DNA from: Pseudomonadota bacterium | GTDB lineage: Bacteria > Pseudomonadota > Gammaproteobacteria > Burkholderiales > Burkholderiaceae_C | Length of the DNA stretch: 64,000 nt | Assembly: GCA_018240325.1 (NCBI GenBank) | Contig: JAFEFZ010000192.1 | Location: forward strand, 1,611 to 65,610 | Direction of reading: 5' to 3' | Part shown: positions 1 through 9,004 of the stretch, piece by piece | How the letters are laid out: every line of letters begins with the position of its first letter | How positions within the stretch are numbered: position 1 is the stretch's first letter | Translations under genes and position numbers: made by a program | Notes under the pieces: model-generated | The model's input: only the letters and a program-made list of their open reading frames with translations | Told to the model about the DNA's origin: nothing | Databases searched by the model: none

Positions 1-173
1 TCCAGCGCCTGGGTCGATCGGTAGTTGTTGGCCGAGGTGCGCTGCTCGAAGATCAGGTTGCGGCTGGCGTAGGCAGCCACCAGCGACATGATGAAGAACA
101 GCACCATCACCACCACCAGCGCGGCGGCGCCGCGTGCGGCGGCGGTGGGTCGGAAGGCGGCTGCGGGCTTCAT
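1..173 (-). CDS. pilX: Type IV pilus assembly PilX-like protein, N-terminal part (runs off the window)
   Basis: ATG at 173 reads MKPAAAFRPTAAARGAAALVVVMVLFFIMSLVAAYASRNLIFEQRTSANNYRSTQA. This is a PilX-type prepilin N-terminus, directly downstream of pilW. Confidence 0.8.
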   Translation of the reverse strand, partial: MKPAAAFRPTAAARGAAALVVVMVLFFIMSLVAAYASRNLIFEQRTSANNYRSTQAL

Positions 174-179
174 CGGCGC

Positions 180-863
180 TCAGGCCGGGCAGGCGCCGCT
201 GGGCAGGTCGTTGCGCAGGCGCACGCTCTCGCGCACGCTGCGCACGACATTCGAGTCGGAAACGGCGTGGCCGGTGATCTCGATGTCGTAGCGACGGATC
301 TCCAGCGTCGGCCAGCAGGCCTTGCCGCCGCCAAGGCATTCCTTGAAGCAGGCCTGTTGCACCGATTGCGACTGCGGCGTGACAGTGAACCCGGTGACCT
401 GGAGCACGGTGGGATCGGTCAACTGCTGCCAGGTGCCGCCGATCAGCATCTTGATCGCGCCGCCGTCGAGCTTGAAGCCGAACTCCTCGCTATTGGCGTC
501 GACGAGATTGTCGGCATCGCGCGCGTAGCTGAAGTCGATCTGCCCGGCAGCGGCGCCGGCGTCGGCGTAGGGGTTCGATGCGGCAGCAGGGTTCGAGCCT
601 TGCCACAGCCCCTGCTGCGAATTGCCCCAGTAGCCGGCGCGGCGAAGGTCGCGCGCGATCAGGTCAGCCGCTGCGCGCAGGTCCTGCTGCACCTGGGTTT
701 CGAGCGTCAGCCTGCGGTTGTCGCCAATCTGGTTGACGGCGACGAAGCTGGCGCCGGCCACGACAATCAGGCCGACCGCGATGCCGACCATCAATTCGAC
801 CAGCGACAGGCCGCGCGCCGGCCGGCTCGCCGTATGGCGTTGCCGACGATTGATCAGTCGCAT
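180..863 (-). CDS. pilW: Type IV minor pilin PilW
   Basis: Prepilin motif RGLSLVELMVGIAVGLIV followed by QDLRAAADLIARDLRRAGY. Start placed at ATG 863 inside the 180..1175 ORF. Confidence 0.85.
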   Translation of the reverse strand: MRLINRRQRHTASRPARGLSLVELMVGIAVGLIVVAGASFVAVNQIGDNRRLTLETQVQQDLRAAADLIARDLRRAGYWGNSQQGLWQGSNPAAASNPYADAGAAAGQIDFSYARDADNLVDANSEEFGFKLDGGAIKMLIGGTWQQLTDPTVLQVTGFTVTPQSQSVQQACFKECLGGGKACWPTLEIRRYDIEITGHAVSDSNVVRSVRESVRLRNDLPSGACPA

Positions 864-1486
864 GCCGCTGCTCCGCGGATCGAAGCATCGGGTGAGCACA
901 CTGTCGGCCGGCCGCTCATGTGGACCGAGGTGCGCAGCTTGCCACTGATCGAGCTTTGCACGCCGACCACGAAGTCGGCCCAGCCGGCCACGGCTTCGGG
1001 CGCGTGCCCCGGCCACTCGGCCAGCCCTCGATGCGCAGTGAACATCACGTAGATCTGCGGCAGCGATGGTGGGCTCAGCGTGACGTTGGTCGAACGCAGC
1101 ACTTGCACCGTCCTGATTTCCTCGACTTCCGGGATGGCGGGACAGGCGGTCCCGATCGGATTGCGGCAGTCGCAACGGCCGCTCGCACCACGTGTGTGGA
1201 CGGTGTAGCAGGTCATCGGCGGCTGCCCGGGCAGATCCTCCGTCTGGAAGGTGACGTAGACCTCGCGATTACGCGCCACCGCCTCCGACCGCGCCAACTG
1301 CAGCGACGTGACGAGCTCGGCATTCACCGCCGCCACCCGCTGACGCGCGATGAAGTCGCGAAACGACGGCACGGCCAGCGCCAGGATCACGGCAGCCACC
1401 ATCACCACCACCATCATCTCGATCACGGTGAAGCCGGCGACGATGCCGCGAGGCCGCCGCGCGGGCGCTGCTACTTGGCCCAGCAT
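854..1486 (-). CDS. GspH/FimT-family minor pilin (FimT/FimU-like)
   Basis: GFTVIEMMVVVMVAAVILALAVPSF, then LQLARSEAVARN, a FimT/FimU signature. Overlaps the pilW start. Confidence 0.85.
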   Translation of the reverse strand: MLGQVAAPARRPRGIVAGFTVIEMMVVVMVAAVILALAVPSFRDFIARQRVAAVNAELVTSLQLARSEAVARNREVYVTFQTEDLPGQPPMTCYTVHTRGASGRCDCRNPIGTACPAIPEVEEIRTVQVLRSTNVTLSPPSLPQIYVMFTAHRGLAEWPGHAPEAVAGWADFVVGVQSSISGKLRTSVHMSGRPTVCSPDASIRGAAACD

Positions 1487-1944
1487 CGCTTGCCTTCGGT
1501 GTCGGTGACGTTGCCGGCGTCGACCGAGCTGTATTTCAGGTTGCCGCCGGTCAGCGTCAGCACCAGCTTCTGGCAGGCGCTGTCGCCGGCCTGCGTGGTG
1601 CCGCTGCGCGCGCTGGCGGTCACGGTGTAGCCGGCGGCGCCGACATCGCTGAGCGCAATCGTGTAGTAGTCGGTCGTGGCGTTCAGGCCCAGGCCGTCGG
1701 GCGGCGCCGTGCTGAGCTGGTCGGCATAGCTGGCGTTGTTGGCGCGAAAGCGCTCCTGCGCCTGCTGCACCTGCGAGATCGCGGCGAAGGCGTCGGAGCG
1801 CCGGCCCTTGCGGATCGAATCCATGAAGCTCGGCAGCGCCACCGCCGCCAGGATCGCCACCACCGCCACCACGATCATCGCCTCGATCAGCGTGAAGCCG
1901 CGCCGCGGGCGGCGGCGCAGCAAGGTGGGGCAGGGGGCCGGCAT
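1471..1944 (-). CDS. pilE: Type IV pilin PilE-like
   Basis: RGFTLIEAMIVVAVVAILAAVALPSF...RRSDA...QERF..NNASY, with a C-terminal Cys pair. ATG at 1944. Confidence 0.85.
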   Translation of the reverse strand: MPAPCPTLLRRRPRRGFTLIEAMIVVAVVAILAAVALPSFMDSIRKGRRSDAFAAISQVQQAQERFRANNASYADQLSTAPPDGLGLNATTDYYTIALSDVGAAGYTVTASARSGTTQAGDSACQKLVLTLTGGNLKYSSVDAGNVTDTEGKRCWAK

Positions 1945-2063
1945 GCGCACGATTATCCGGGCGTGAAGTGCGTCACGAAGCCCGGGCCGCGGCCGTCCGT
2001 CGCCGCCGCGGCGCCGTTCGTCCGCGGGTGCGGTTGCACGGACTGGCGCACGGCTTGCGGCCA

Positions 2064-2645
2064 TCAGCAGCGCCGGTAGCCGGGCAGCGCGGCGTCGGGC
2101 GTGCAGGCGCGCACGCGGCCCATGATGTTGACCACCTGGTGCAGCGCCGCGCCGCTGCGCGCGGTAAAGCGCACCGTGGCGGTGGGGGTGGCGGTGCCCA
2201 GCACCGGGTCGAACACCATCGAGCGCACGTTGGCCTGCAGGCCCACGCGCTCGCCGGCCGCGAAGCGCACGCTGCGCTGCGCCTCGGCGCCGCCGGTGCA
2301 CACCGGCGGCTGGCCGTCGTCGCTGCCGCAGCCGCAGGCGCCGGCGGCGCCGGTGTGCAGCACGTAGCAGCTGCCGGCCGCGCTGCTGGCAAAGCTGATG
2401 CGCAGCGGCTGGTTGCGCGCCACCGCCAGGCTGCGCGCGTGGTGCACGTCGGTCTCGAACTGCGCGGCGGCGCCTTCCAGGTGGCGGCGCTGGATCGCCT
2501 GCTCGAAGCCGGGCGCGACGATGCCGGTGGCCACTGCCGCGAGCGCAGTGGCGACGCTGCTCTCGACCAGCGACACGCCGCGCTGGCGGCGGCGGGACGG
2601 CAGGCGCAGCGGCAGGGCAGGCAGGCGGCGGGCGGTGCGGTTCAT
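2064..2645 (-). CDS. Second GspH/FimT-family pseudopilin
   Basis: RGVSLVES prepilin-like motif, HARSLAVARNQPLRISF, and a C-terminal VNIMGRVRAC typical of FimT. Confidence 0.8.
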   Translation of the reverse strand: MNRTARRLPALPLRLPSRRRQRGVSLVESSVATALAAVATGIVAPGFEQAIQRRHLEGAAAQFETDVHHARSLAVARNQPLRISFASSAAGSCYVLHTGAAGACGCGSDDGQPPVCTGGAEAQRSVRFAAGERVGLQANVRSMVFDPVLGTATPTATVRFTARSGAALHQVVNIMGRVRACTPDAALPGYRRC

Positions 2646-2812
2646 CGGGGGCCTCCAGGCGGTGATCGGTGCGATCACTGTAGGAAGCCGCGCCGCGCCG
2701 CGCGTCGCCTGCGCGGGGGTGCGCGCCGGTCTCTTCGGAGGGCCCCCGGATCGGCACCCCCATCGGGGGGATGCAGCGCGCAGCCCGGCCGCGCGAGGCC
2801 GGGGGCCGGCGA

Positions 2813-3256
2813 TCAGATGTCGCGGATCAGCCGGCGGAACTCGTCCACGTCCTCGAAGCTGCGGTACACCGAGGCGAAGCGCACGTAGGCCACCTTGTCG
2901 ATGCGCTTGAGCTCGCGCATCAGCAGCTCGCCCAGGCGCGCGCTGGCGACTTCGCGCGCGCCGCTGGTGAGCAGCCGCTCCCGGATGCGCTCGAGCGCCG
3001 CGTCCACCTGCTCGGTGCTGACGGGGCGCTTGCGCAGCGCCAGCATCATCGACGCGCGCAGCTTGGCGGCGTCGAACTCGACGCGCGAGCCGTCCTTCTT
3101 GACCACCGACGGCAGCGCGATCTCGGCGCGCTCGTAGGTGGTGAAGCGCTTGTCGCACTTCTGGCAGCGGCGGCGGCGGCGGATCGCGCCGCCGTCGTCG
3201 GATTCGCGGGTCTCGACGACCTGCGTGTCGTCGTGGCCGCAGTAGGGGCAGCGCAT
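2813..3256 (-). CDS. nrdR: Transcriptional repressor NrdR
   Basis: MRCPYC...TQVVETR...[21 protein letters not shown]-cone domain, [13 protein letters not shown]. Confidence 0.97.
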   Translation of the reverse strand: MRCPYCGHDDTQVVETRESDDGGAIRRRRRCQKCDKRFTTYERAEIALPSVVKKDGSRVEFDAAKLRASMMLALRKRPVSTEQVDAALERIRERLLTSGAREVASARLGELLMRELKRIDKVAYVRFASVYRSFEDVDEFRRLIRDI

Positions 3257-3296
3257 CGGGTGCGGGCGGCGCGCCTGGCCGGTGCCGGCCCGGCCT

Positions 3297-4547
3297 TCAG
3301 CCGTAGACCGGGAAGCGCTGCGTCAGCGCCGCGACCTTGGCGCGCACCTCGGCGATGCGGGCCTCGTCGTCGGGCTTGTCGAGCACGTCGGCGATCAGGT
3401 TCGCGGTGGCGCGCGCCTCGGCCTCGCCGAAGCCGCGCGTGGTCATCGCCGGCGTGCCCAGGCGGATGCCGCTGGTGACCATCGGCTTTTGCGGGTCGTT
3501 GGGGATGCCGTTCTTGTTGCAGGTCATGTGCGCGCGGCCGAGCAGGTCTTCGGCCTGCTTGCCGGTCAGGCCCTTGGGCCGCAGGTCCACCAGCATCAGG
3601 TGGCTCTGCGTGCCGCCGCTGACGATGCGCAGCCCGCGCTCGATCAGCGTGCGCGCCAGCACGTCGGCGTTCTTCACGACCTGCGCCTGGTAGGTCTTGA
3701 ATTCCGGCGCCAGCGCCTCCTTGAAGGCCACCGCCTTGGCGGCGATCACGTGCATCAGCGGCCCGCCCTGGATGCCGGGGAAGATGGCGCTGTTGATCTT
3801 CTTGGCGACGGCCTCGTCGTTCATCAGCACGATGCCGCCGCGCGGGCCGCGCAGGCTCTTGTGGGTGGTGCTGGTGACCACGTCGGCGTGCGGCACCGGG
3901 TTGGGGTACACGCCCGCGGCGATCAGCCCGGCGTAGTGCGCCATGTCCACCATGAACACCGCGCCCACCGCCTTGGCCACCCGGGCGAAGCGCTCGAAGT
4001 CGATGTGCAGGCTGTAGGCGCTGGCGCCGGCGATGATCAGCTTGGGCCGGGCTTCGTGCGCCAGGCGCTCCATCGCGTCGTAGTCGATGGCTTCGTTGGC
4101 GTCCAGCCCGTAGCTGACCACCTTGAACCACTTGCCGCTCATGTTGAGCGCCATGCCGTGCGTCAGGTGGCCGCCTTCGGCCAGGCTCATGCCCATGATC
4201 GTGTCGCCGGGCTGCAGCAGCCCGAAGAACACCGATTGGTTGGCCTGGCTGCCCGAGTTGGCCTGCACGTTGGCGTAGGCCGCGCCGTAGAGCTGCTTGA
4301 TGCGCTCGATCGCCAGCGTCTCGACCACGTCGACGTTCTCGCAGCCGCCGTAGTAGCGCCGGCCGGGGTAGCCCTCGGCGTACTTGTTGGTCATCTGGCA
4401 GCCCTGGGCCGCCATGACCGCGGGCGACGCGTAGTTCTCGCTCGCGATCAGCTCGATGTGCTCTTCCTGGCGGCGGTTCTCGGCTTCGATCGCGGCCCAG
4501 ACTTCGGGGTCGGTGCTGGCGATGGTGGAGCGTTGGCGGTCGAACAT
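3297..4547 (-). CDS. glyA: Serine hydroxymethyltransferase
   Basis: [26 protein letters not shown]-lysine motif [21 protein letters not shown]. Confidence 0.98.
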   Translation of the reverse strand: MFDRQRSTIASTDPEVWAAIEAENRRQEEHIELIASENYASPAVMAAQGCQMTNKYAEGYPGRRYYGGCENVDVVETLAIERIKQLYGAAYANVQANSGSQANQSVFFGLLQPGDTIMGMSLAEGGHLTHGMALNMSGKWFKVVSYGLDANEAIDYDAMERLAHEARPKLIIAGASAYSLHIDFERFARVAKAVGAVFMVDMAHYAGLIAAGVYPNPVPHADVVTSTTHKSLRGPRGGIVLMNDEAVAKKINSAIFPGIQGGPLMHVIAAKAVAFKEALAPEFKTYQAQVVKNADVLARTLIERGLRIVSGGTQSHLMLVDLRPKGLTGKQAEDLLGRAHMTCNKNGIPNDPQKPMVTSGIRLGTPAMTTRGFGEAEARATANLIADVLDKPDDEARIAEVRAKVAALTQRFPVYG

Positions 4548-4620
4548 GGCAGTCCTCGTCGGGTGGGGTGCGGACCCGTCGCGCCGCGACGCCAGCCTGC
4601 GCGGCGTGGCGGGCGGGGGC

Positions 4621-4726
4621 TGCCCAGGCGAGCGGCTAGGTCACGCGGGCCGAAGGGCACCGCATGCCGCGCTCCCCGGTGGTCGGTCCACCTCGGCCTG
4701 CCGGCCTGATCGCCAGTCGCGCGGAA
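4621..4726 (-). ncRNA. ZMP/ZTP riboswitch (pfl motif) upstream of glyA
   Basis: Minus strand reads CCGCGCGACTGGCG...AGGTGGACCGACCACCGGGGAGCGCGG...GCCGCTCGCCTGGGCA. This matches the ZTP aptamer (GACUGGCG, GGUGG/CCACCGGGGAGC, 3' GCC..CGCCUGGGCA), and glyA is a canonical target. Confidence 0.92.
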
Positions 4727-4768
4727 AAGGCCGCAGTGTAGCGGCCTGCAATCGGCGGCGCGGGCTGC

Positions 4769-5653
4769 TCAGCGCAGCAGCGCCACCTGCTCTGCGGCGT
4801 CCGCCGGCGCGGGCGCTTCCGGCGCCGCGGCCGGAGCCGGCGCCGGCGCGACCGTGCGCACCGTCTGCGCGGTGGTCGGCACCTTCCTGCCGGCGGCCAC
4901 CTGGGCCATGCGGCCATGCTCGGCCATCACCTTGTCCTTGTAGCCGCCGTCGTTGCCGGTGTTGGCGGCGCCGACGTACCAGCGCAGGCCGGCTTCGATG
5001 CCGCCGGCGCGCGCGATGCATTCGCGCAACACCTGCACGCCGACGCGCAGGTTGCTGATCGGGTCGAAGGCGGCGTGGCTGCCGCCGAAGGGCTCGTACT
5101 TCTCCACGTGCACGCGCGTCATCACCTGCATCAGCCCCTGCGCGCCCATCGGGCTCTGGGCGAAGGGGTTGAAGCGCGATTCGATCGCCACCACCGCCAG
5201 GATCAGCGTCGGATCCAGGCCGACCTTCTGGCCGATCACCCAGGCTTCCTGCACCAGCCGGCCCACCGGCTCGGGCGCCACCGCATAGCGCCGCGAGATC
5301 CACTGCGCCACCGCGGCCTGCGGGCGCGAGAGTTCGGCGGTGTGCACCGCGGTGGCGCGGTTCACGGCATCGGCGTCGGCTTCGATCGCGGCTGGCGCCG
5401 GATCGTCGGCTTCGTCGGCGCGCACGCCGTGCCGCTCTTGCAGCCAGCCCAGCGCCAGGGTTTCGGTACGGGTGCGCAATTCGGTGTTGCCGGCCACATA
5501 GGCCATCGACAGCAGCACCGCCAGGCCGACCAGGGCCAGGCTGTTGTGGCTGAGTTCGAGGGCACCGTTGCCGATGTCGCGCAGCATTACTGCCGTGCCG
5601 CGGCGCAAAGCCTGCCACCTCGACTTCAAAGTCGTTCGTCGATCCATCTCCAT
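4769..5653 (-). CDS. Membrane-anchored lytic transglycosylase (SLT domain)
   Basis: [29 protein letters not shown], catalytic Glu, N-terminal hydrophobic anchor. Start position is uncertain (5653 or 5647). Confidence 0.88.
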   Translation of the reverse strand: MEMDRRTTLKSRWQALRRGTAVMLRDIGNGALELSHNSLALVGLAVLLSMAYVAGNTELRTRTETLALGWLQERHGVRADEADDPAPAAIEADADAVNRATAVHTAELSRPQAAVAQWISRRYAVAPEPVGRLVQEAWVIGQKVGLDPTLILAVVAIESRFNPFAQSPMGAQGLMQVMTRVHVEKYEPFGGSHAAFDPISNLRVGVQVLRECIARAGGIEAGLRWYVGAANTGNDGGYKDKVMAEHGRMAQVAAGRKVPTTAQTVRTVAPAPAPAAAPEAPAPADAAEQVALLR

Positions 5654-5942
5654 CCTCGCTTGGCCGGGCGGCCGGTCGGGCCGTTCCCGGGTGTCGAGCC
5701 GGCTCTTGCCGGCACCATCGTCACCCCGGCGTGTGGCCGAGGCGACCGCGATAATCGAACGCGGCGGGCATGCTGATGCCCGCATCGACAGCACGGCGGG
5801 GCATGCTCACCCGCTCCGCGCCATCCACCACCAGACTCGAACCCTAGGGATAACCCTGGCGGCTGTGAAGTTGTGGCGGATTCTAAAAACCTCGATATAT
5901 CGAGTCAAGCATAAGACACGGCTCTCTAATATCAGCGAACAG

Positions 5943-7496
5943 ATGAAATACGCCGACCTGCGGGACTTCATCGGGCAGCTCGAGCAGGCGAAGAAGCTGG
6001 TCCGCGTGGCCGATCGGGTGTCAACCCGGCTCGAAATGACGGCAATCTGCGATCGCGTGCTGCGTGCGGGCGGCCCGGCGCTGCTGTTCGAACGCCCCGA
6101 CGGTTACACGATTCCGTGCCTCGCCAACCTGTTCGGCACCCCGGAACGGGTGGCGCTGGGCATGGGCGCGGCCGGGCCGGGCGAGCTGCGCGAGGTCGGC
6201 CGGATGCTGGCCAGCCTGAAAGAGCCGGAGCCGCCGCGCGGCGTGCAGGATGCCGGCCGCCTGCTGCACATGGCCAAGGCGCTGTGGGACATGAAGCCGC
6301 AGAAGCTGCGGCGTGCGCCCTGCCGCGAAGTGGTGTTCGAGGACAGCGACATCGACCTCGGCCGGCTGCCGGTGCAGACCTGCTGGCCCGACGATGCCGG
6401 CCCGCTGATCACCTGGGCGCTGGTGGTCACGCGCGGCCCGCAGGCGGTGCCCTCGCCGCGGCTGCGGCAGAACCTGGGCATCTACCGCCAGCAGGTGATC
6501 GGCCCACGGCGCGTGATCATGCGCTGGCTGGCGCACCGCGGCGGCGCGCTCGACTTCCGCGACTTCGCGCAGGTCAACCCGGGCAAGCCGTTCCCGGTGG
6601 CGGTGGCGCTGGGCGCCGACCCGGCGACGATGCTCGGCGCGGTCACGCCGGTGCCCGACACGCTGTCGGAATACCAGTTCGCCGGGCTGCTGCGCGGCCG
6701 CCGCACCGAGGTGGTCGACACCGGCGTCGGCGAAGGAGATCTGAAGCTGCAGGTGCCCGCGGGCGCCGAGTTCGTGCTCGAGGGCCATGTGCCGCCGGCA
6801 CCGCCCGGCTACCGCGGCATGAGCGAGACCGGCGTGGCGCTGCGCGAGCAGGGCGGCTACTTGCACGCGCTGGAAGGCCCGTTCGGCGACCACACCGGCT
6901 ACTACAACGAGCAGGACTGGTTCCCGGTGTTCGAGGTCTCGCGCCTGACCCATCGGCGCGACCCGATCTACCACACCACCCACACCGGCAAGCCGCCCGA
7001 CGAGCCGGCGGTGCTGGGCGTGGCGCTGAACGAGGTGTTCGTGCCGATCCTGCAGAAGCAGTTTCCCGAGATCGCCGACTTCTACCTGCCGCCCGAAGGC
7101 TGCAGCTACCGCCTGGCGGTGGTGTCGATCCGCAAGGCCTACGCCGGCCACGCCAAGCGCGTGATGTTCGGCATCTGGAGCTTCCTGCGCCAGTTCATGT
7201 ACACCAAGTTCGTGGTCGTCACCGACGACGACGTGGACGTGCGCGACTGGAAGGAGGTGGTCTGGGCGATCACCACGCGCATGGATCCGGTGCGCGACAC
7301 CGTGCTGGTGCCGCACACGCCGATCGACTACCTCGACTTCGCGTCGCCGGTCAGCGGGCTGGGCGGCAAGCTCGGCTTCGACGCCACCAACAAGTGGCCG
7401 GGCGAGACCGCGCGCGAATGGGGCCGGCCGATCGCGATGGAGCGCGCGGTGCTCGACCGCGTCGATGCGCTGGTGCAGCGGCTGCTGCCGGGCTGA
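5943..7496 (+). CDS. ubiD: UbiD-family decarboxylase (4-hydroxy-3-polyprenylbenzoate decarboxylase)
   Basis: [10 protein letters not shown] start, [36 protein letters not shown]. Confidence 0.95.
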   Translation: MKYADLRDFIGQLEQAKKLVRVADRVSTRLEMTAICDRVLRAGGPALLFERPDGYTIPCLANLFGTPERVALGMGAAGPGELREVGRMLASLKEPEPPRGVQDAGRLLHMAKALWDMKPQKLRRAPCREVVFEDSDIDLGRLPVQTCWPDDAGPLITWALVVTRGPQAVPSPRLRQNLGIYRQQVIGPRRVIMRWLAHRGGALDFRDFAQVNPGKPFPVAVALGADPATMLGAVTPVPDTLSEYQFAGLLRGRRTEVVDTGVGEGDLKLQVPAGAEFVLEGHVPPAPPGYRGMSETGVALREQGGYLHALEGPFGDHTGYYNEQDWFPVFEVSRLTHRRDPIYHTTHTGKPPDEPAVLGVALNEVFVPILQKQFPEIADFYLPPEGCSYRLAVVSIRKAYAGHAKRVMFGIWSFLRQFMYTKFVVVTDDDVDVRDWKEVVWAITTRMDPVRDTVLVPHTPIDYLDFASPVSGLGGKLGFDATNKWPGETAREWGRPIAMERAVLDRVDALVQRLLPG

Positions 7497-7717
7497 GGGC
7501 GGCCGGCCTGCGCCGGGCCGCTTGCCCCTTGGGTCTGCCCTGGATCAAGACTCGGCCGGAACCCGACTTCGGGGGGTGGTCGAAGGCTTGCCTGCCGCCG
7601 CCGATTGGCTTAGATTGGCAGCGCCTGCTTGCAGGCAACACCGATGGCGCAGTCCCTGCGCCTAAAGGGGCCCCGGACCTGATTCCTCTGGAGCCCCGGC
7701 GGCGGTCTCACCGCCAG

Positions 7718-7751
7718 CCCCTTCCGGCCGCAAGGCCGGAAGGGGTTTCGC
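7718..7751 (+). terminator. GC-rich hairpin with GCAA loop and a short T tract (candidate intrinsic terminator between convergent genes)
   Basis: CCCCTTCCGGCC-GCAA-GGCCGGAAGGGG is a perfect 12-bp stem, followed by TTTCGC. Confidence 0.65.
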
Positions 7752-7884
7752 ATTTCTGGGGCGGCTGTCGTGCCGGTTGGGCGCGCCCGAATGTGAACTT
7801 TCCCGGTGGATCCTGTCGGCGCGTGCCGCTGGTGCGTCCCACTGGTGCGTCGCACTCGTGCTGCCGCCGGCGCGTGCCGCCGCA

Positions 7885-8694
7885 TCAGGCGCCGGCCAGC
7901 AGCCCCAGGTATTCGTGCAGCGCCAGGTTGGTCTTGCGCATGCCGGCGGCGCTCGGCAGCCAGCGCAGCACGCCGCGCACGTCGTCGTCGGCCAGCCCCA
8001 TCGGCGCGGGCACCAGCGCGATGCCGGCGCCGCGGCGCTGCACCGCCTGCTCGAAGGCGCGCAGGCTGCGGCGCATGTGGAAGCCGTGGGTCACGAGCAC
8101 GATGCGCTTCACGCCGGCCGCCTGCAGCAGCGCCACGCTGCGTTCGGCGTTCTCGCGCGTGTCGCGCGATTCGCCCTCGGCCCAGCGCAGCGGCCGGCCG
8201 AAATCGCGCGTCGCGGCCAGCGCCGCCGCGTCGGCTTCGGTCGGGCCGTCGGTGCCGGCGTGGCCGATGCCGCCGCTGTAGGCCACCGGCCAGCCGGTCT
8301 CGCGCCCGAGCCAGATCCCGTAGCGCAAGCGCTCGGCGGCCATGGGGCCCGGGTTCGGCCCGCCGTATTCCGGTGCGTAGGCTTCGCGGCCCGAGCCGAG
8401 CACGACGATCGCGCCGGGCCCGCTGCGGCGCAGCGCCTGGATGTCCTGCGCGCTCAGCGCCTGGTGCGGCGCCGTCAGCCGGCGCTGCAGCATCTGGCCG
8501 ACACCGGTGGTGCTGCACAGCCAGATGCCGGCGGCGCCGAGCAGCAGGCAGCTCCACTGCCAGGCCGGCCGGCGGCGCAAGACCCAGCCGCCGCCGAGCA
8601 TCAGCGCCAGCCACGGCACCGGCGGCAGCAGCAGCGCGGTCGCGACCGGTTTGAGCGCGAGCAGGTCGAAGTGGGTCAGCCAGTCGTTCAGCAC
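7885..8694 (-). CDS. YdcF/DUF218 (ElyC/SanA-like) membrane protein
   Basis: AIVVLGSG, ERLRYGIWL, SGG, ESRDTRENA, LVTHGFHMRRS, HEYLGLL. Confidence 0.92.
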   Translation of the reverse strand: MLNDWLTHFDLLALKPVATALLLPPVPWLALMLGGGWVLRRRPAWQWSCLLLGAAGIWLCSTTGVGQMLQRRLTAPHQALSAQDIQALRRSGPGAIVVLGSGREAYAPEYGGPNPGPMAAERLRYGIWLGRETGWPVAYSGGIGHAGTDGPTEADAAALAATRDFGRPLRWAEGESRDTRENAERSVALLQAAGVKRIVLVTHGFHMRRSLRAFEQAVQRRGAGIALVPAPMGLADDDVRGVLRWLPSAAGMRKTNLALHEYLGLLAGA

Positions 8695-8753
8695 GGGTCA
8701 GCGAGGGTGCCGTCACGCGCGTGCGCCGCGCATGCGGGCCGGATGGCGGCGCG

Positions 8754-8920
8754 CTAGTGCAGTGTTCCACTCTGTGCAGCACTCAAGAAAACCGATGGAT
8801 TTGTCGTCCTGGCTAGGCGCAAGTCGCAGCGATGCCCAGTGGCATCGCGAGGATTGGCAACGACGCCAGGGCGGCAAAGGCGCGGTTTCATGTGCTGCAT
8901 AGCGTGGAACACTGCACTAG
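8754..8920. mobile_element. MITE-like element, 167 bp, with 29-bp terminal inverted repeats and CTAG at both ends
   Basis: Left end CTAGTGCAGTGTTCCACTCTGTGCAGCAC (8754-8782). The reverse complement of 8892-8920 is CTAGTGCAGTGTTCCACGCTATGCAGCAC, a 27/29 match. No transposase inside. Confidence 0.82.
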
Positions 8921-9004
8921 CATTGTGCCGCCCGGCTGCTGCGGAGCCTCCCGCGCCTGCAGCGGCCGCCGCACCAACCCCCGGCAACCTGCGACCGTCC
9001 GATC

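Noticed and set aside
7520-7716. Possible tmRNA, tRNA, 6S, SRP or RNase P gene (ends in CCGCCA, contains GGGGCC..GACCTG)
   Set aside because: There is no T-arm GGTTCGA, no tag-peptide frame, no GAGGAAAGTCC and no SRP GGAAG loop. It is kept only as an unassigned structured region.
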